64,000 nucleotides of DNA from an uncultured cyanobacterium (GTDB lineage: Bacteria; Cyanobacteriota; Cyanobacteriia; Cyanobacteriales; Nostocaceae), in the NCBI GenBank assembly GCA_963706595.1, contig OY970166.1, positions 224,001 through 288,000 on the forward strand. Reading direction: 5' to 3'. This document shows, piece after piece, positions 59,598 through 64,000 of this stretch (the stretch's first letter is position 1; each line of letters opens with the position of its first letter). A program made the position numbers and the translations under genes. The notes below the pieces were generated by a model. The model was given only the letters and a program-made list of their open reading frames with translations, ran no database searches and had not been told where the DNA came from.

Positions 59598-60356
59598 TTG
59601 ATCACAGATAAACTATCTAAGCCCCAGTTGTTCAAAGGTATTGCCCTTTTTACACCAGGAGGAGATTTAATTTACTGCATCGACCCTAATAAACAGGGTC
59701 GATGGCATTTACATTTGTGTGCTGCTTTACAGGAAATCTTAGATTTACCAGAACCGCCACACTTTTTAGTTCCTTGTTATACGGCAACTATTGATCATTG
59801 GTTAGATCCACATACGCATCAAGTCCGAACTTTTGCGGAAGCATATCCAGCTGTAATCCGCCATCAGGCTGTACTTAATGCTATTTTTGGCACTGAGTTA
59901 GTTTGGCAACCCGCACCTTGGCAAGAGGGTTTGTGCGATCGCATGGTATTAACTACTTATCGCTCGACTTTTCCCCAACTTTGGGAAGACCATGATTTAA
60001 TTGTGGATTTGGACTGTTCCCAATCGAAACCTCAGTATTATCCCCCCGTTATACCTACGCAAAAGTTACAGCTAAAAACTGATTGTTATGTTTTACGGCT
60101 GTTTGTGGCTGGACATAGTGCAAACACGGAAAGAATTCTTCAGAATCTGCATGGACTTTTAGAGCGATCGCTGGGGTATCCTTACACAATGAAAGTTATT
60201 GATGTGTTAACAAATCCCGAACAGGCGGAAATTGACCAAGTTTCGGCAACTCCGACTCTGGTTAAGGTTTGGCCGCAACCGATTCGGCGCATTGTTGGGG
60301 ATATTGATAATGTCGATAAACTTTTACAGATGTTGGGCGCGACGGAAAAAATTTAA
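59598..60356 (+). CDS. KaiB-domain protein with N-terminal extension
   Basis: C-terminal YVLRLFVAG...KVIDV...PEQAE.DQV.ATPTLVK.WP.PIRRIVGD. Confidence 0.85.
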   Translation: MITDKLSKPQLFKGIALFTPGGDLIYCIDPNKQGRWHLHLCAALQEILDLPEPPHFLVPCYTATIDHWLDPHTHQVRTFAEAYPAVIRHQAVLNAIFGTELVWQPAPWQEGLCDRMVLTTYRSTFPQLWEDHDLIVDLDCSQSKPQYYPPVIPTQKLQLKTDCYVLRLFVAGHSANTERILQNLHGLLERSLGYPYTMKVIDVLTNPEQAEIDQVSATPTLVKVWPQPIRRIVGDIDNVDKLLQMLGATEKI

Positions 60357-60361
60357 TCTTT

Positions 60362-60652
60362 GTGATCAAGGTTGTTTCTGTTCGCGGTAGTGTGATTGAT
60401 GCGCGATTTTTTCACCTATTTTCAGCATTAATCCGCCAATATTTGTTCATAGCTTGATACCGGGCTTTTGCCGAATCCCTAGCTAGTGAAAACGCCAGTC
60501 GCCTGTCCTCAATGCAAGCTGCGGAAAAAAATATCGCAGAACGCTTATTAGACCTGAACGCCGACTATCGCCGCCCACTCCAAAGTTTTATTACCGCAGA
60601 ACTCCTCGATATAGTCTCAGGTTTTGCAGCCCTAACTCAACCACAGCCTTAA
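60362..60652 (+). pseudogene. Fused remnant of alternative (N-type) F-ATPase beta N-terminus and gamma C-terminus
   Basis: One frame reads IKVVSVRGSVIDARFFH-LFSALIRQYLFIA*YRAFAESLASENASRLSSMQAAEKNIAERL...QSFITAELLDIVSGFAAL. Confidence 0.8.
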
Positions 60653-60964
60653 AAAATCCACAATGCGTAGGCGATAACGAGTTGATATCTCACCAAACCT
60701 AGATTTGATCAATTGTTTCGCCATGCGATCGCGTCTGCAAAACAGTCAGTACCTGCTGTCAACAGGTTGCTAAGGCTAAAACCTAAGTGGAGCCGTAGTT
60801 TGAGATTTTTGGTTTTACCAAGATTCACTAAAAAGCTAGGGTTTTTGCCATATACAAAAAACTGAGTTATTAATTTTAGATAAAGTCGAGCTAAGTCAGA
60901 AGTGGGTTAATGCCTAAATTAAGCAGCTTCGAGAACGTTGGTCTAATCCCTTAATAGAGATAAA

Positions 60965-61089
60965 TATAGGACTCCTACTTGATTTCTGAACATCAATACA
61001 ACTCAAAATGGCTTTTTCCCACTCCCCACTCCCCACTCCCCACTCCCCACCTACGCAAGTAAGTTTAAAAATCAAAGCGGATTACTATA
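60965..61089. mobile_element. MITE-like element (TATAG termini) containing (CCCCACT)n, abutting a start codon
   Basis: TATAGGACTCCTACTTGATTTCTGAA versus right-end reverse complement TATAGTAATCCGCTTTGATTTTTAAA. Confidence 0.65.
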
Positions 61090-62093
61090 TGTTTTCAGAA
61101 CCTAATTCGGTCGTGATCTCTGTTGTTATTCCTTGTTATAACGAGGAACTCAACCTTGACTCTCTGTTTGAACGATTAGTAACGGTACTTGATCCCCTCA
61201 ATTTAAAATATGAAATTGTTTGTGTAAATGATGGTAGTCGAGATCATACACTCAAGCATTTAATTGAACATCATCATCGTAATCCAGCGATTAAAGTTGT
61301 CAACTTTTCCCGCAATTTTGGCAAAGAAATTGCTTTAACTGCGGGAATTGAATATGCCACAGGTGAGGCTGTGATTCCGATTGATGCTGATTTACAAGAC
61401 CCACCTGAATTAATTCAAGAATTGATTGAAAAGTGGCGTGAAGGTTATGATGTAGTTTATTGTAAACGGCGATCGCGCCAAGGTGAAAGTTGGCTAAAAA
61501 AAATCACCGCTAATGCTTTTTACCGAGTGATTGAAAAGATGACATCAGTAGAAATTCCTCGCGATACAGGTGATTTTCGATTAATGGATCGACGAGTGGT
61601 AGAAGCATTAAAACAAATTCCAGAAACTCATCGTTTTATGAAGGGTTTATTTGCTTGGGTGGGATTTAAACAAACTTTAATAGAATATGATCGTCTTCCC
61701 CGTTTTCAAGGTATAACCAAATGGAATTATTGGAAACTGTGGAATTTGGCATTAGAAGGAATTACCTCTTTTAGTTCTGTTCCGTTAAAAATCTGGAGTT
61801 ACCTGGGATTTTTTATCTCTTTGCTGGCTTTTATATACGGTTTTTTTCTGATTGTTCGCACTCTGCGTTTCGGGATTGATGTTCCAGGATATGCCTCTTT
61901 GATGGTTGCTGTTTTATTTCTAGGAGGAATTCAACTTTTAACATTAGGAATTATTGGTGAATATCTTGGTCGGGTTCATGATGAAGTCAAAAGACGACCT
62001 CTTTACCTAGTGCGAGATTGTTATGGCTTTGATGCGGTTTCTCAACAAAGTTCATCCCCAGAAGCCGAGGCAAAAGTAGTCAATTCTAAATAA
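61089..62093 (+). CDS. GT2 glycosyltransferase (GtrB/polyprenol-phosphate sugar synthase-like)
   Basis: VIPCYNEE, VNDGSRD, SRNFGKE, IDADLQDPP, TGDFRL and GEYLGR motifs, with two C-terminal TM helices. Confidence 0.92.
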   Translation: MFSEPNSVVISVVIPCYNEELNLDSLFERLVTVLDPLNLKYEIVCVNDGSRDHTLKHLIEHHHRNPAIKVVNFSRNFGKEIALTAGIEYATGEAVIPIDADLQDPPELIQELIEKWREGYDVVYCKRRSRQGESWLKKITANAFYRVIEKMTSVEIPRDTGDFRLMDRRVVEALKQIPETHRFMKGLFAWVGFKQTLIEYDRLPRFQGITKWNYWKLWNLALEGITSFSSVPLKIWSYLGFFISLLAFIYGFFLIVRTLRFGIDVPGYASLMVAVLFLGGIQLLTLGIIGEYLGRVHDEVKRRPLYLVRDCYGFDAVSQQSSSPEAEAKVVNSK

Positions 62094-62174
62094 ATTAAAT
62101 TATGCAATTTTATCAAGTTGTAATTTTCAATAAAAATCTGATTTATTTTAAAATAAAGGATTAAAAATTAATTA

Positions 62175-62879
62175 ATGTTTAAATTTAAAAAAGGCATCAT
62201 TTTTCTAACTCTAATTTGCATTTTTGCTACAGCCATAGCCGTTTATGTCCTGGGAGGTCTTGGCCCTGAACAAATACAAATATGGTTACAAAAAGCTGGC
62301 ATTTTGGCTCCAATTATTTATATCTTTGTTTATATATTAGCCACAATTCTCATCCTCCCCTCAACGGCTTTAAATTTGACCGGAGGGGCAATTTTTGGTC
62401 CATGGTTAGGAACAATTTGGACGAGTATTGCCGCAATTATAGCAGCCGCGATCGCCTTTACTTTTACTCGCACAATTGGTCGAAATTGGGTCGCCAAAAA
62501 ACTAACTGGACGATGGCAAGCGATGGATGCAGAAATGCGACAAGGGGGAATATTTTATATGTTTGCTATTCGCCTATTACCGATTATTCCCTATGGCTTA
62601 GTTAATTTTTCTGCGGGTTTAACTTCAATTAGTTTCAAAGATTATCTCATCGGTACAATTTTAGGCACAATTCCTGGCGTTTTACCCTTTGTGATGCTAG
62701 GAAGCACCGGATTAAAAGCTTTGAGAACTGGAGACATCCTACCTCTTATTGGTGCTTTAACTTTAACAGGAATGCTAGTCAGTGGGGCGACTTGGTATCG
62801 TAGGCATCGCAGCCTCCCTGCCAAAGTTATACCAGAAATAGAGCGATCGCAATCTTCTCAGGCATCAAATCAGGATTAA
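62175..62879 (+). CDS. TVP38/TMEM64 (DedA superfamily) membrane protein
   Basis: LP.T.L...GGAIFG and IRLLPIIPY..VNF.AGLT motifs. Confidence 0.88.
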   Translation: MFKFKKGIIFLTLICIFATAIAVYVLGGLGPEQIQIWLQKAGILAPIIYIFVYILATILILPSTALNLTGGAIFGPWLGTIWTSIAAIIAAAIAFTFTRTIGRNWVAKKLTGRWQAMDAEMRQGGIFYMFAIRLLPIIPYGLVNFSAGLTSISFKDYLIGTILGTIPGVLPFVMLGSTGLKALRTGDILPLIGALTLTGMLVSGATWYRRHRSLPAKVIPEIERSQSSQASNQD

Positions 62880-62950
62880 AAAAATTTTCAATGAATACAC
62901 AGTTTAACTTCTTTTGTCCCTTAACTAGTGTTTTTTGATTTAAAAGTCCC

Positions 62951-64000
62951 TTAAGCAGTGACTAATTTTTCGCCTGACAGCATTCGCACTGCGGCTTCGA
63001 GTAAAGCTTCTTCGAGATAGGGCTTGGTAAAGTAGCCACTAGCACCGAGTTGAATAGCCATTTGTCGGTGTTTGTCTGCACCTCGTGAGGTGAGCATGGC
63101 AATGGGTAGGTGGTTGAGGTTGGAATCTTTTTGGATGCGGGAGAGCAACTCCAGTCCGTCGCAACGGGGCATTTCAATGTCGCAAAAGACGATATCGCAA
63201 GGTAGACCAGAACGAAGTTTGTCCCAAGCTTCCTGTCCATCACGTGCCTGTTCAACGCGATAACCAGCTTTGTTAAATGTCAGCGAGAGTAACTCTCTCA
63301 CTGTAATTGAGTCATCAACAATCAGCACTGTGGGGTCAATTTTTTCTACTGTGCTTTCTGGTAGATTGGGGTCTTGTTGCTGCCAAAGTTTACTACCATT
63401 GTGTTTAGAAATCCGTCCTTGGAAGATGTCGATAATTTCTAGAACATCAGCGATGGGCATAATCCGGCCATCACCCAAGACGGTAGCACCAGCCACACCT
63501 ATCGGTTTGGGTGCGGGGCTTTCAAATTGCTTGATCACAATTTCTTGCTCACTCAGCACTAGGTCAATTTGTAAGGCAATTAAGGTATTTCCCGATCGCA
63601 CTACCACAACTGAGACCATATCATCATCGCGGTTCCCACCATAAACATTACCGCAACTCAGCTGACGATTGAAGGTTAACAGTTCTTTCAACGGTCGGAA
63701 GGGCAGTAATTTATCGCGCCAAGAAATATATGATTGTCCATCGGCGTGATGTTGGATACTTTTTAGCGGGATATCTAGGGTATCTTCCACCCCGTCCATC
63801 GGGAAAGCAATCCGGGCTTTATCGGAGACACAGCATAGAGCCTTGCAAATACTCAATGTCAATGGTAAACGAATAGTAAAGGTAGTTCCTTCACTGATAG
63901 TCGAATTTGTGTTGACTATGCCGCGAATTTCGCTAATTTCGGAACGTACTACATCCATTCCTACGCCACGGCCGGAAATCTCATCTGCTTTGTCTTTGAT
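62951..64000 (-). CDS. CheA-like hybrid kinase (HATPase end, CheW, REC); 5' part lies outside the window
   Basis: ISGRGVGMDVV, GTTFTIRLPLTLSI, EQEIVIK, GATVLGDG and a C-terminal receiver domain. Confidence 0.93.
   Translation of the reverse strand: MKDKADEISGRGVGMDVVRSEISEIRGIVNTNSTISEGTTFTIRLPLTLSICKALCCVSDKARIAFPMDGVEDTLDIPLKSIQHHADGQSYISWRDKLLPFRPLKELLTFNRQLSCGNVYGGNRDDDMVSVVVVRSGNTLIALQIDLVLSEQEIVIKQFESPAPKPIGVAGATVLGDGRIMPIADVLEIIDIFQGRISKHNGSKLWQQQDPNLPESTVEKIDPTVLIVDDSITVRELLSLTFNKAGYRVEQARDGQEAWDKLRSGLPCDIVFCDIEMPRCDGLELLSRIQKDSNLNHLPIAMLTSRGADKHRQMAIQLGASGYFTKPYLEEALLEAAVRMLSGEKLVTA

Noticed and set aside
61008..61088. N-terminal extension of the GT2 protein
   Set aside because: Encoded by MITE/STRR sequence; ATG at 61089 fits the family better.
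1..64000. High frequency of GCGATCGC
   Set aside because: This is the well-known cyanobacterial HIP1 octamer; useful for taxonomy only.

Overview
Chromosomal window from a filamentous cyanobacterium, most likely Nostocales (abundant HIP1 GCGATCGC, heptamer STRR repeats, psbI, acsF, cyanobacterial Hfq); the genus cannot be fixed from sequence alone. Most genes are housekeeping (nrdJ, glgP, glgA, tatC, purH, hemN, hemC, dapF, ychF, wecB, pilT, a CheA-like kinase). There are also two clusters of general-stress genes (26.9-29.2 kb and 40.8-51 kb) that share paired 16-bp upstream motifs. Items not in the ORF track: psbI, a Yfr2-type sRNA, two LAGLIDADG inteins 10 residues apart at the RNR catalytic cysteines (one apparently carrying a 24-nt mini-repeat), and an in-frame atpD-atpG fusion that looks like the scar of a deleted N-type ATPase operon. 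Also found: a frameshifted exostosin-like gene and many nested MITE/REP/SDR insertions, two with an adjacent empty-site copy. Four genes are broken by short frameshifts that read as extra bases, which may be sequencing error. No rRNA, tRNA, CRISPR array or intact transposase was seen, and no clearly new multi-gene system could be established.
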